A DNA stretch of 64,000 nucleotides. Origin: Dehalococcoidia bacterium. Its GTDB lineage: Bacteria; Chloroflexota; Dehalococcoidia; Lucifugimonadales; VXLM01. The stretch is from positions 2,182,301-2,246,300 of the forward strand of contig OY762443.1 of the NCBI GenBank assembly GCA_963665745.1, read 5' to 3'. A program made the translations under genes and the position numbers. Positions 1 through 9,536 of the stretch are shown piece after piece. Within the stretch, counting starts at the first letter, position 1, and every line of letters begins with the position of its first letter. The notes below the pieces were generated by a model. The model did no database searches, had not been told where the DNA came from, and worked only from the letters and a program-made list of their open reading frames with translations.

Positions 1-1
1 G

Positions 2-259
2 CGCTTTGGCTTCGCCGCTCTGCCATACGGCGTCACGTGGCTTCAGTTCTACGGCGTGGCGCTGCTGGGCGGAATCGGCTTTACCATGTCGTTGTTTATT
101 ACGAACCTCGCGTTCACCGTCGATCTGCTGACGACGGAAGCGAAGATCGGCATTCTACTCGGCTCTGCCATTTCCGGTATCATCGGATACCTCGTCTTGT
201 TTAGAGCAGGCAAAGGCATGACGGGCGTGAGCTCGTCAGGGGCAGGGATGGGGAAATGA
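2..259 (+). CDS. nhaA: Na+/H+ antiporter NhaA, C-terminal fragment (5' end outside window)
   Basis: The frame is open from the window edge. The translation RFGFAALPYGVTWLQFYGVALLGGIGFTMSLFITNLAF matches the conserved NhaA C-terminal TM region. Confidence 0.8.
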   Translation, partial: RFGFAALPYGVTWLQFYGVALLGGIGFTMSLFITNLAFTVDLLTTEAKIGILLGSAISGIIGYLVLFRAGKGMTGVSSSGAGMGK

Positions 260-275
260 GCCTGGGAACCGCGGG

Positions 276-716
276 CTACTCCAACTCGTAGGTCCGCAGG
301 CTGTAGCGGGGACGTGGGAACCCGCCCAGGGCATCCATTCGGAAGTGTGCCGGCGCGTCAGCCGCGCCCAGCCGGTCGAGGAGATCGGGCAGCAGATGCG
401 CGATGATCGCAAGCTGTTCCCGCCCCGACATCACCCCTCGCGGCCGGTAGACCCACAGCGTTCGTACACCTTCCGTGAGGATGGTCTTCGCACTCTCCCG
501 TTTGGGCTTGTCGTCGGAGTAGACCCACAGGGCGCTGCTTGCGCCCGCCCACTCGATGATCTCGCGGTCCGTCACACCTTGGCGGTTGTCGAAGACGTTG
601 CGGGTGCTGGTGGCGTTGTATCCGACGAGGCTGAGCGCGTCGGATACGAATGGCGAGAGGGAGTCGTCGAGGAGGATAAGGGTATCCTCAGGCCGCGATA
701 CTATTCTCCCAAGCAA
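276..716 (-). CDS. DUF5615 / Mut7-C-type PIN-like domain protein (toxin-like partner of the DUF433 gene)
   Basis: The N-terminus TLILLDDSLSPFVSDAL..GY.. followed by acidic SDDKP resembles DUF5615 PIN-like proteins. The TTG start overlaps the upstream DUF433 gene by 29 nt. Confidence 0.55.
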   Translation of the reverse strand: MLGRIVSRPEDTLILLDDSLSPFVSDALSLVGYNATSTRNVFDNRQGVTDREIIEWAGASSALWVYSDDKPKRESAKTILTEGVRTLWVYRPRGVMSGREQLAIIAHLLPDLLDRLGAADAPAHFRMDALGGFPRPRYSLRTYELE

Positions 717-1383
717 TGGCGGCTTCTACCTCCTCTTCGGACAGTCGATACGCTTCTGCCACCCATCCGGGTGAGTCACCGGCTTCAATCATACCCCAAA
801 TGGAGCGCGTCGGCACCCTCGTGCCCTTCACGCATGGCGCTCCGAACTGCACCATCGGATCGAGGAGCACCCCCCCGGACGGCTCCCAAGTCGCGGCCAG
901 ACGGTTCTTGAATGTCAGCCCGTGCACGGGTACGAGATACTCCCTCATCACGTCCATGGCAAGCTGCCCGTACTTGCTGGCCGATATGAGGCGCTCGTGG
1001 AGCTCGATGAATATCCCGGAACCCTCCGTCCAGACGATCTCCGTGGCGAACGGACGACTCGCATCGGTCTTCCTTCGCAGCCACTCCTCAGCCGAGTAGA
1101 TGGCGCGGAAGTTGACCTTCGCGGCCCGCAGCGCCGCTATGACCCTGAGCGAAACAAGGTCCTCGAAGGTGATGACCATGCGATTGGCGGGAAGTCCCGC
1201 CAGACCCGGCGACGCGACGCCATTGCGAATCCACCGAATCAACTTCTTGGAGTCCACCCGGTAGATCTCGTGGGCGAGCCGCGAGCCGTAGATGTACCGC
1301 ACGGCCTGCGGGACATCGTACACCCCGGCGAACTCCGTGTCGGGCGGAGGCCCGGGACTGAACAGGGGCAACTGCGTTGTCAT
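688..1383 (-). CDS. DUF433 domain protein with an N-terminal MerR/HTH-like region (antitoxin-like)
   Basis: The C-terminus DPMVQFGAPCVKGTRVPTRSIWGMIEAGDSPGWVAEAYRLSEEEVEAAIAWE is a typical DUF433 signature. An ATG at 1383 is preferred over the GTG at 1428. Confidence 0.6.
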   Translation of the reverse strand: MTTQLPLFSPGPPPDTEFAGVYDVPQAVRYIYGSRLAHEIYRVDSKKLIRWIRNGVASPGLAGLPANRMVITFEDLVSLRVIAALRAAKVNFRAIYSAEEWLRRKTDASRPFATEIVWTEGSGIFIELHERLISASKYGQLAMDVMREYLVPVHGLTFKNRLAATWEPSGGVLLDPMVQFGAPCVKGTRVPTRSIWGMIEAGDSPGWVAEAYRLSEEEVEAAIAWENSIAA

Positions 1384-1526
1384 GCCGAGTAACGGATCCT
1401 TCGTGGTGGGATAACCGGTTCGCCTCACGTTGTACTATACGAGGCGGGACGGCGCAAGGAAGTTCCGGTCGTTCTATAGGCGCTTTCCGCGCAGGCCATT
1501 CGGCCTTCCACAGACTTGCATCCCCG

Positions 1527-2264
1527 TTATGTTTCCTCTTCGTCGCCGTAGCTGACCTTGCCGAGGAACACCTCGGTCAGGATGTCGGTCTCTCGGACCC
1601 TATCCGGAGTCCCTTCGAAGACCACCCGCCCCATGTCCAGCACGTACGCCCGGTCGACGATGTCCAGCACGCCCTTGATGTTGTGCTCGACGACCATGAT
1701 GGTGGTCTGGAACTTCTCGCTGATCTCGGCGACCTTCTCAAACACCTCGGTGACGATTATGGGCGCCAGGCCAAGCGTAGGTTCATCCAGCAGCAGCACC
1801 TGGGGGTCCGCCATGAGTCCTCGGCCGAGCGCCAGCATCTGCTGCTGGCCGCCCGACATCTGGCTCGCAAGGTCGCGTCGCTTTTCGTGGAGGACCGGGA
1901 ATAGTCCCATGACCGAGTCCAAACGGCGGGCCTTTTCCGACTTGTCGTTCAGGTACAGGCATCCCATCTCAAGGTTCTCTTCGATCGTGAGGTGCGTGAA
2001 CACGCGCCTTCCCTGCGGGACGAAGGAGATGCCCTCCTTGACGATCTCATGCGTGGCGGCCGCCAGCGGCTCTTGACGCCAGTGCACCTGCCCGTCAACG
2101 ACCGGCGCGAGGCCCATGATGGCCTTCAGCACGGTGGACTTTCCGGCCCCGTTCGGCCCCATCACCGCCACGACCTCTCCCTTCCGCACTCCCAGGGATA
2201 CGTCGGTCAGCGCCGTTACGGCCCCGTACCGTACCGATATGTTGTTCAATTCGAGGAGCATCAT
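1527..2264 (-). CDS. livF: Branched-chain amino acid ABC transporter ATP-binding protein (LivF type)
   Basis: Walker A GPNGAGKST, signature SGGQQQML and Walker B LLLDEP. It is the last gene of the liv-like operon. Confidence 0.85.
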   Translation of the reverse strand: MMLLELNNISVRYGAVTALTDVSLGVRKGEVVAVMGPNGAGKSTVLKAIMGLAPVVDGQVHWRQEPLAAATHEIVKEGISFVPQGRRVFTHLTIEENLEMGCLYLNDKSEKARRLDSVMGLFPVLHEKRRDLASQMSGGQQQMLALGRGLMADPQVLLLDEPTLGLAPIIVTEVFEKVAEISEKFQTTIMVVEHNIKGVLDIVDRAYVLDMGRVVFEGTPDRVRETDILTEVFLGKVSYGDEEET

Positions 2265-2282
2265 TCCATCCCGTAGTTGATG

Positions 2283-3053
2283 CTATGCGCCCAGGTACGC
2301 GTCTATGACGTTCGGTCTGCTCAGCACTTCATCGACCTCCCCCACGGCGAGCAGGGTGCCGCTGTCCAGTACGAAGAGATGGTCGGACAGTTCGCGAACG
2401 ATATCCATGTTGTGTGAGACGAAAATGATGGTGTTGCCCTGCTCTCGCATGTCCTTCAGTATCGCCTTGACCCTTTCCAGCATCTGCGGGAAGAGACCCG
2501 CGAAGGGTTCGTCGAATAGGTAAATGCCAACGTCCATCGCCATCGCGCGTCCGATCTCCAGCAGCTTGCGCTGCCCGTAGGAAAGGTCCATCGCCATGGC
2601 GTCCCGCTTCTCCCACATTCCGACGCTCTGCAAGATGCTCTGGGCCTTCTCCTTGTGTTCGGAACTGGTTCGCTCGAAGAGCGCGGGGAGGAAGCGACGT
2701 TCGGTCAAGGTGACCATGATGTTGTCCCATACGGTGATCTGGTCGAAGAGACGCACCTCCTGGAAGGTCCTCGTAATGCCGTGGCCGGGCGTCTCGTGCG
2801 CCTTCACTACGCGGAGTCCCACGCCGTCGATGACGACGATTCCCTCATCGAGCGGCAGCATCCCGCTCAGCAGATTGATGAGGCTCGACTTTCCCGATCC
2901 GTTCGGTCCGACGATGCACGTGATCCACTCCCGGAAGATGGAGATGCTGAGTTGGTCCACGGCCTTTACCGCGCCGAAGTGCTTTGAGACGTCCTTCGTT
3001 CTCAGAACGAAGACTTCGTCGAGGTCGATCAGGCCCGGTCGATCCGCAGTCAT
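2283..3053 (-). CDS. livG: Branched-chain amino acid ABC transporter ATP-binding protein (LivG type)
   Basis: Walker A GPNGSGKSS, LSYGQRKLLEIGRAM and YLFDEP. The ATG at 3053 forms an ATGA overlap with the livM stop. The Arg/Pro-rich 104-aa upstream extension in the ORF track was rejected. Confidence 0.85.
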   Translation of the reverse strand: MTADRPGLIDLDEVFVLRTKDVSKHFGAVKAVDQLSISIFREWITCIVGPNGSGKSSLINLLSGMLPLDEGIVVIDGVGLRVVKAHETPGHGITRTFQEVRLFDQITVWDNIMVTLTERRFLPALFERTSSEHKEKAQSILQSVGMWEKRDAMAMDLSYGQRKLLEIGRAMAMDVGIYLFDEPFAGLFPQMLERVKAILKDMREQGNTIIFVSHNMDIVRELSDHLFVLDSGTLLAVGEVDEVLSRPNVIDAYLGA

Positions 3054-4105
3054 AGCTTGAACCTCCCCACAAGGCCCTGTGGCCTGAACAGCATGAGGAC
3101 CACCAGCAGGATTCCGAGGACGACCTGCCGGGCCTGACCGACGTACTCGCTGGGCAGGAACGGTATGAAGCGCATCCCCTCTTCGAGCAGGACGAACACG
3201 ATAGCGCCGAGCAGGGAGCCCCATATCGTCGCCAGCCCCCCGAGAATGACGATGCAGACCAGGAGCATCGACTCCAGCAGGATGAAGGAGTTGGGGTCGA
3301 TGAATGTCGTCCAGCTTGCGAACAAACCGCCTGCCAGTCCCGCCATCATGGCCGAGATGACCCATACCGCCAGTTTGAAATGCGTCACCTGATAGCCGAA
3401 GACCTCGGTGGCCTGCTCATCCTCTCGGATCGCGGTGAGCACCCGTCCGAAGGATGATGTCACTATGAACCATGAGATCAGGACAACGAGGGCGAGGAAG
3501 GCTACGACGAGCGCGAGGAACTGCAATTCGCCGTCGAATACCCATGTCCCGATCTCGGGCCGGTCAATCTCATGGATGCCGAAGGCCCCCCTCGTGACGC
3601 TTCGCCAGTTCAGGAAGAGATTGAAGGCGATGATGGCGAAGCCGAAGGAGACGAGGACGTATATGTCGTCCCTGAACCGGTTGAATACGATGCCCACCGC
3701 CAACGCAATGAGGCCCGCCACGAGTATGCCGACGGGCAGGGCGGCGAAGAAGGGCCACCCGAACGTGGGGATGGCCTCGGTGCGAAGCTGCTCGTATGCC
3801 GCATCCGAAGTGAGAACGGCAACCGTGTACGCGCCGATTCCGAAGAAGCCGACGTGACCGACCGACAGCAGTCCCGTGAACCCCACCACCAGGTTCAGAC
3901 TTACGGCCAGAATCGCCCAGATGGCGAAGACGGTACCCACCGTTATGGCGAATCCCGTCCCCTGCCAAATCATGAACACCACCGCCGAGCCGATGATGAA
4001 CAGGTTTGCCCACAGTTCCACGTTGCCCCTGGCGAACTGAAGGAACTCCCTCGGCGAGCGAGCGAGCCTCAGCATGTCGGCGATGGCAGCTGTGTCGATC
4101 TGCAA
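3050..4105 (-). CDS. livM: Branched-chain amino acid ABC transporter permease (LivM type)
   Basis: Polytopic membrane protein with a LivM-like C-terminal half (FGRVLTAIREDEQATEVFGY). Operon context supports the call. Confidence 0.85.
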   Translation of the reverse strand: MQIDTAAIADMLRLARSPREFLQFARGNVELWANLFIIGSAVVFMIWQGTGFAITVGTVFAIWAILAVSLNLVVGFTGLLSVGHVGFFGIGAYTVAVLTSDAAYEQLRTEAIPTFGWPFFAALPVGILVAGLIALAVGIVFNRFRDDIYVLVSFGFAIIAFNLFLNWRSVTRGAFGIHEIDRPEIGTWVFDGELQFLALVVAFLALVVLISWFIVTSSFGRVLTAIREDEQATEVFGYQVTHFKLAVWVISAMMAGLAGGLFASWTTFIDPNSFILLESMLLVCIVILGGLATIWGSLLGAIVFVLLEEGMRFIPFLPSEYVGQARQVVLGILLVVLMLFRPQGLVGRFKL

Positions 4106-4109
4106 AGCC

Positions 4110-5492
4110 CTACTCCCTCGGCAAGAGGCCCTTGGGCCAGAACGATAGGAAGAGGATGAGGACCAAGAACGATATGACGTCCTTCCACTCCCCGGCGAGA
4201 TCCCAGATGCCGAACTGCTCGATCATGCCCAGGGCGAATCCCCCCACGATTGCGCCGTACAGGTTGCCGATTCCTCCGACCACTGAAGCTATCCAGCCCT
4301 TCAGCAGGAGCAGGAGGCCCATCCTCGGCTGAATGGCCGTGTCGTGGCCGCTCAGCAGCCCGGCCATGGCCGCGAAGACCGCGCCGATGAAGAACACGAT
4401 CGCGATGATGACGGTGGTGTTTATTCCCACCACCTTCGACACCTCTTCGTCGTCGCCGATCGCCCGCACGGCCTTGCCGAAAGAGGTCATTCTCAACAGG
4501 AACAGCAGGAAGACGAATCCGGCGAGTGACACGCCGATGGTGAAGACGTTGAACCCCTTGATGTTGCTGCCCCAAATCGTCCATGGAGCGCTGCCGAAGG
4601 CCTCTGGAAGCGGACGCGGGTTGCTCTCGAAGATGATGGAGGTCGCGGCGGTGATGGCCAGAAGGATACCCAGCGTGGCTACCAGCATGATGAGGGGCGA
4701 CCTCGCACGCTCGCGCATGTACACGTAGAGACCCCGGTAGAATGCTACGGCGACGATCCCCGCCATCAGGCACGACACCCCCCAGCTGACGTAGAGGTTC
4801 GACCCGGGAGCGTTGGCGACAAGGAACGCGCAGTACGCTCCCAGCGCCACCCCGATGATCCCTGCCACCACCATGAAGGGCGCGGCGCTCGATGTCGGAA
4901 GTGCAAGTCGAGCTCCGCGGAACAGGGCCCAGCCCGCGATAAACGCCACCAGGACGCCTATCGCCGGGCTAAGGATGACATGTGTGTCATCCGTGAAGCT
5001 CAGAACGATGCCCATGTAGACCCCCGCGCCGACGGCCAGGAGTCCTCCGGCTGCGTACAGGACCCTTCGGTCGAAACGGGGCCGCAGCTTGTGGAAGAAT
5101 GCCTCGTAGAGCGCCCACGCGACCACTCCTGCCGTCACGGCGGCAAGCATGGCGTTCACGTAGGGGTTCGTGTAGTCGTTGCCGCCGAAGCCGTCCTGCG
5201 ATCTAAGGTAGAAGACGCCGTAAGCCCCTATGGCTGCCGCCGCCCCGTAGTACAGATCGAAGAACCATACGGTGCTGTAGACGATGGTAAAGCCCATCGC
5301 GAGGAGGGCGTAGATGGCGCCTACGGCTAAGCCGTTGAAAGCGAACTGTACGGCTTGGTCGGGAGACTCGGTGATCTTCCAGGCGATGTAGCCGATCACT
5401 GCGACGGTCAGCACAGTCGCCAAGATCCTGTGGCCGTCACCACCCGGCAACAGACGGCTCCACCAGGCGAACCTCAGTCTCTCGAGACTCAT
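4110..5492 (-). CDS. livH: Branched-chain amino acid ABC transporter permease (LivH type) with an internal extra-TM insertion
   Basis: LivH-like start NGLAVGAIYALLAMGFTIVYS and C-terminal half GKAVRAIGDDEEVSKVVGIN. At 460 aa it is longer than the usual ~300 aa. Confidence 0.8.
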   Translation of the reverse strand: MSLERLRFAWWSRLLPGGDGHRILATVLTVAVIGYIAWKITESPDQAVQFAFNGLAVGAIYALLAMGFTIVYSTVWFFDLYYGAAAAIGAYGVFYLRSQDGFGGNDYTNPYVNAMLAAVTAGVVAWALYEAFFHKLRPRFDRRVLYAAGGLLAVGAGVYMGIVLSFTDDTHVILSPAIGVLVAFIAGWALFRGARLALPTSSAAPFMVVAGIIGVALGAYCAFLVANAPGSNLYVSWGVSCLMAGIVAVAFYRGLYVYMRERARSPLIMLVATLGILLAITAATSIIFESNPRPLPEAFGSAPWTIWGSNIKGFNVFTIGVSLAGFVFLLFLLRMTSFGKAVRAIGDDEEVSKVVGINTTVIIAIVFFIGAVFAAMAGLLSGHDTAIQPRMGLLLLLKGWIASVVGGIGNLYGAIVGGFALGMIEQFGIWDLAGEWKDVISFLVLILFLSFWPKGLLPRE

Positions 5493-5633
5493 CTACGTAT
5501 AGGGCCTCTGTCTAGACTTCCCCGCGGTGCTGTTTGAACGGCGTGGAATATCTGGCGTCTTTTGCGGACGGCGTTACCCGGTCCACGCGCCATGTGCACT
5601 CATGCCAACGGCACTGAGACCGGGAATTGGAAC

Positions 5634-6821
5634 CTACTCAGTGGGTGCGCTGCCCCAGTATTTGAAGCCTTGATTATCTTCGGTCCTTTGAGACGTCGGT
5701 AAAACCTCCACCACCTCATTGGAAAGACCAACAACCTCGCCTTTGTCGTCGAAGCTGTAGTTATCTCCGATGGCGCCGCTCCAGGTAATGTCGTATAGGC
5801 AGTCCCTGAATCCGTCCGCGTCTTGGTCGTCGTCGGTCTTCTTGAGGCACTCCGCCGCGATGTACACGTCGTCGTAGGCGGACCCGAGGAACCATGCCAG
5901 CGTGATGTACCCGTAGCGGGTCCTGAAGTTAGAGAGGAACTCCTTGCCCCTATTCGTGGTCAGATCGGGACTGGGGATGACGCCCTTCACCCCGGTAGCG
6001 GCGTCGCCCGCTATCTCCAAGGCGGTTGTCCCCGTGACTACCGACTCCCCGTAGATGGGGCCGTTGAAGCCCAGTTCCCGTGCCTGCTTGACGATGGTGC
6101 CGCCGGTGAACTCTGACTGAGCGGCTACGTGGAGCGCGTCGGGCGTGGCGTCGAGCAGCTTCGTAAGCTGACTCCTGAAGTCGGTAACGTCGGATGCGTA
6201 ACGTTCCTCGGCGACCACCTCTCCGCCACGCTTCTCGAACTGTGCGACCGTCGTCCGCCTCACTCCCTCCGCGTAGTCGGTCGTCTCGTTGATGGTCGCC
6301 AGCTTGCGTATGTCGTCCGCCCACAGCAGGTTGCCGGTGTCGACGCCCAACTGGTTGTCGTTTATGGCGGTGCGGAAGATGTAGTCGCCAGCCTCGGCGA
6401 TGTCGGGGTTCGTTGCCGACGCGGAGAAGAGTACCACACCGTCAGTCTCGGCTCTAGGCGCGGCTCCAAGCATGGCGCCGCTGCATGATGTTCCAAGGAT
6501 GATCTTCACTCCGTCCACATCAGTCAGCTTGTTATAGGCAGTAATCGCGTCTTGGGCTCCGCATTTCGAGTCTTCGACGATGAGTTGCAACTTGCGCCCG
6601 TTGATGCCGCCGGCGGCGTTAATCTCGTCTGCCGCCAACTGCTTGGCCTGAACGATCACCGTACCATAGCTCTCACCCGGACCCGTAACCGAGTCCATCA
6701 CTCCAATCCGAAACGGTTCTCCGTCTCCTTCATCCTCATCATCTCCACAAGCCACAACCACCGACGCCAGAACCGCCAGCAATCCTATCGCGACAATCCG
6801 TTTCCACGAGAATAAGCGCAT
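5634..6821 (-). CDS. ABC transporter substrate-binding lipoprotein, LivJ/LivK (type 1 PBP) family
   Basis: Signal peptide plus lipobox (VVACGDDE). Leu/Ile/Val-binding-protein-like core FRIGVM..GG..GRKL..VEDSKC. Confidence 0.85.
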   Translation of the reverse strand: MRLFSWKRIVAIGLLAVLASVVVACGDDEDEGDGEPFRIGVMDSVTGPGESYGTVIVQAKQLAADEINAAGGINGRKLQLIVEDSKCGAQDAITAYNKLTDVDGVKIILGTSCSGAMLGAAPRAETDGVVLFSASATNPDIAEAGDYIFRTAINDNQLGVDTGNLLWADDIRKLATINETTDYAEGVRRTTVAQFEKRGGEVVAEERYASDVTDFRSQLTKLLDATPDALHVAAQSEFTGGTIVKQARELGFNGPIYGESVVTGTTALEIAGDAATGVKGVIPSPDLTTNRGKEFLSNFRTRYGYITLAWFLGSAYDDVYIAAECLKKTDDDQDADGFRDCLYDITWSGAIGDNYSFDDKGEVVGLSNEVVEVLPTSQRTEDNQGFKYWGSAPTE

Positions 6822-6924
6822 GACAACCCCCTTTTGGTAAGGATGCTCCCTACTGGCCGATGCTTCTGATACGTTTTATCACCGCTACGAAAGTCTTGCA
6901 AGTACGTGCACGCGGTCAAGGAAG

Positions 6925-8103
6925 TTATCTTTCACCACTTAGAACCCTGTACCCAAAGTTCTCTTCGGTCCGCTCTGCCGGGGGAAGAACCTCGACGACT
7001 GCCCTCGACAGACCTACGACCTCGCCATCATCGTCGAAGCTGTAGTTGTCTCCGAGAGCCCCGCTCCAGGTGATGTCGTACAGACAGTCCCGGAAGCCGT
7101 CGGCGTCCTGGTCGTCGTTCGTCCGCTTGAGACATTCCGCCGCGATGTAGACGTCGTCATACGCGGACCCCAGGTGCCAGGGCAGGGTGATGTACTTGTA
7201 GCGTTCCCGGAAATTGGCGAGGACTTCCTGCGCCTTGGGGTTGTTGGGGTCGGGCGCGGCCGTGATGGCCTTGAGGCCCGTTGCCGCGTCGCCCGCGATA
7301 TCGAGCGCGGTCGTCCCCACCGTGATCGTTTCGCCGTAGATCGGCCCCTCATAGCCCAGCTCCCGCGCCTGCTTTACGATGGTGCCCGCCGAGAACTCGG
7401 ACTGTGGCGCTATGTGGAGAGCGTCCGGCTCGGCTTCGATCAGCTTCGTCAGCTGCGATCTGAAGTCCGTGGTGTCGGATCCATATCGCTCTTCGGCGAT
7501 TACCTTGCCTCCGTTCTTCTCGAACTGCGCGACGGACGTTCGTCGCACGCCCTCGGCATAGTCGGTCTCTTCGGTGATGGTCGCCAGCCCGCGGACTCCG
7601 TCCGCCCAGAGAACGTTGCCCGTTCTGATGCCCACCTCGATGTCGCTGATCTGCGTGCGGAAGATGTAGTCTCCGGCGTTGGCGATGTCGGGGTTGCTGG
7701 CAAGGCCCGAAAAGAGCACCACTCCGTCCGCCTCTGCCAGTGGCGCGACGCCGAGCATCGCTCCGCTGCACGACGTCCCTAGAATGATCTTCATTCCGTC
7801 AACGTCGGTGAGCTTGTTGTAGGCATTAATCGCGTCCTGGGCGCTGCACTTCGAGTCCTCGATAACCAGCTCCAGCCTGCGCCCATCGATGCCTCCGGCG
7901 GCGTTGATCTCGTCCATGGCCATCGTCTTGGCCTGGACCGCCACACTGCCGTAGGTCTCGCCCGCGCCCGTGAGAGACTCCATGACGCCTATTCGAAACG
8001 GGCTGTCTTCACCCTCTTCATCTGTCCCGCAGGCCATCGCCACCGTAACGACGACTGTCAGCAGTCCTAATATGACGATCCTTCCCAAAGACGAGATTCG
8101 CAT
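6925..8103 (-). CDS. ABC transporter substrate-binding lipoprotein, LivJ/LivK family (tandem paralog)
   Basis: Closely similar along its full length to the 5634..6821 product. Lipobox MACGTDEE. Confidence 0.85.
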   Translation of the reverse strand: MRISSLGRIVILGLLTVVVTVAMACGTDEEGEDSPFRIGVMESLTGAGETYGSVAVQAKTMAMDEINAAGGIDGRRLELVIEDSKCSAQDAINAYNKLTDVDGMKIILGTSCSGAMLGVAPLAEADGVVLFSGLASNPDIANAGDYIFRTQISDIEVGIRTGNVLWADGVRGLATITEETDYAEGVRRTSVAQFEKNGGKVIAEERYGSDTTDFRSQLTKLIEAEPDALHIAPQSEFSAGTIVKQARELGYEGPIYGETITVGTTALDIAGDAATGLKAITAAPDPNNPKAQEVLANFRERYKYITLPWHLGSAYDDVYIAAECLKRTNDDQDADGFRDCLYDITWSGALGDNYSFDDDGEVVGLSRAVVEVLPPAERTEENFGYRVLSGER

Positions 8104-8303
8104 GAAGTATCTCCTTGACTCCTATCAACGAATTGCCACTCCTGGGCGTTACGGATGCTTTTGTCCTCGACTATGGCGCAAGTCGGCATCCTTGAGACAT
8201 TATATCGCAGGACACATGCTCTCTACTTTCTGCTCTTCTCCGCGCCCTCTGCGGTGAGTCCCTTTTCCCACGCCCGACGAGGTTGTGGTACACTCCCGCG
8301 TCG

Positions 8304-9521
8304 ATGGACAAACCCAGCCGAACACACACCAGACCCCGCAATGTATCGTCTTCGACCCCACCTCGACGGCGCGCTCGAACTCCAACCGCCGACTATGAAC
8401 TGGTTACCGACCGGAACCGCTTCAAGCGGGTTATGGAGCGGGTTTCGCAAGAGCCCCGTTTGGGCTTCGACCTCGAGTCGAACGGCTTCTTTCGGTACCC
8501 CGAACGTATCTGTCTCATCCAGCTTTCCACTTCCGCGCGCGTCTACCTGATAGACCCCCTCGCCATCGACGACATGAGTCCTCTGGGCGAGGTCCTGGCT
8601 AATCCCGCCGTCGAGACCGTGCTGCACTCCGGCGACCATGACGTTCGGAGCCTCGACCGCGACTGGGGATTCCACGTAGGCAACCTCTTCGATACGAGCA
8701 TCGCCGCGGCGTTCGTAGGGAGCGAGCGTCTCGGGCTCGCCTCGACCTTGCAAGACTTCATGGGGATTGATATTCCGAAACAGAAGAAAATCCAGCGCTC
8801 GGACTGGTCGATTCGTCCCCTCAGCGATGAGGCGCTCTCATACGCCGCGGGGGATGTTCGGCACCTTTTCGGCCTTCGAGACAGGCTTGCCGAAAAACTC
8901 CGAGCGCTGGGCCGCGTCCACTGGGTTCGGGAGGAGTGCGACCGCCTCGCGGAGATTCGATACAATCCGCCCGACCCCGAACTGGCGGTCTTCGCCGTCA
9001 AGGGGGCTCGGGACCTGGACGGTCGCGGACTAGCCATCCTCAAGGCGCTGACGGAGTACCGGGAGCGCCATGCCCTCCGGTTGGGCAGACCGCACTTCCG
9101 GGTGATCCCCGACGCCGCATTGGTGACCCTCGCGGCAGAACCCAAGTCCGACCTGCGTGATGTCCGGGGCTTGGGAATGTTCGCGCGCGGCAGGTTGGCG
9201 GCGGGACTCCGGGCCGCTATCAAGAAGGGCAGGGCCGCCCAGCCCCTCCAGAGGCCTCGTCAGTCGCGCGGACATCGTCTTTCCCGTGCTGAACGCGCGA
9301 AAGTCTCACAGCGCCTTGACGCGCTGAAGGCGTGGCGGGCAGAACATGGGAAGCGACTTTCTCTGTCGGCAAGCCTCCTCTGGCCGATGGCGAGTCTCCA
9401 GCGTCTCGCGTCATACCCCGACGACTTGCAGACCGAGCTGGATGCGCCGGAGGTCAGGCAGTGGCAGCGCGACGAGTTCGAGGACTCGCTTCGGCAGATG
9501 GTAGCCCTAGAGCGTTGGTGA
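8304..9521 (+). CDS. rnd: Ribonuclease D (DEDD 3'-5' exonuclease plus HRDC region)
   Basis: LGFDLESNGFF (ExoI), HSGDHDVRSL and YAAGDVRHL motifs. The ATG at 8304 is preferred over the TTG at 8283, but the start is uncertain. Confidence 0.8.
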   Translation: MDKPSRTHTRPRNVSSSTPPRRRARTPTADYELVTDRNRFKRVMERVSQEPRLGFDLESNGFFRYPERICLIQLSTSARVYLIDPLAIDDMSPLGEVLANPAVETVLHSGDHDVRSLDRDWGFHVGNLFDTSIAAAFVGSERLGLASTLQDFMGIDIPKQKKIQRSDWSIRPLSDEALSYAAGDVRHLFGLRDRLAEKLRALGRVHWVREECDRLAEIRYNPPDPELAVFAVKGARDLDGRGLAILKALTEYRERHALRLGRPHFRVIPDAALVTLAAEPKSDLRDVRGLGMFARGRLAAGLRAAIKKGRAAQPLQRPRQSRGHRLSRAERAKVSQRLDALKAWRAEHGKRLSLSASLLWPMASLQRLASYPDDLQTELDAPEVRQWQRDEFEDSLRQMVALERW

Positions 9522-9536
9522 GTTGACGTAGCGCGG

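Noticed and set aside
3054-3365. 104-aa N-terminal extension of the LivG ORF in the track
   Set aside because: It is Arg/Pro/Gly-rich and overlaps the livM coding region. The internal ATG at 3053 gives a normal-length LivG with an ATGA overlap to the livM stop.
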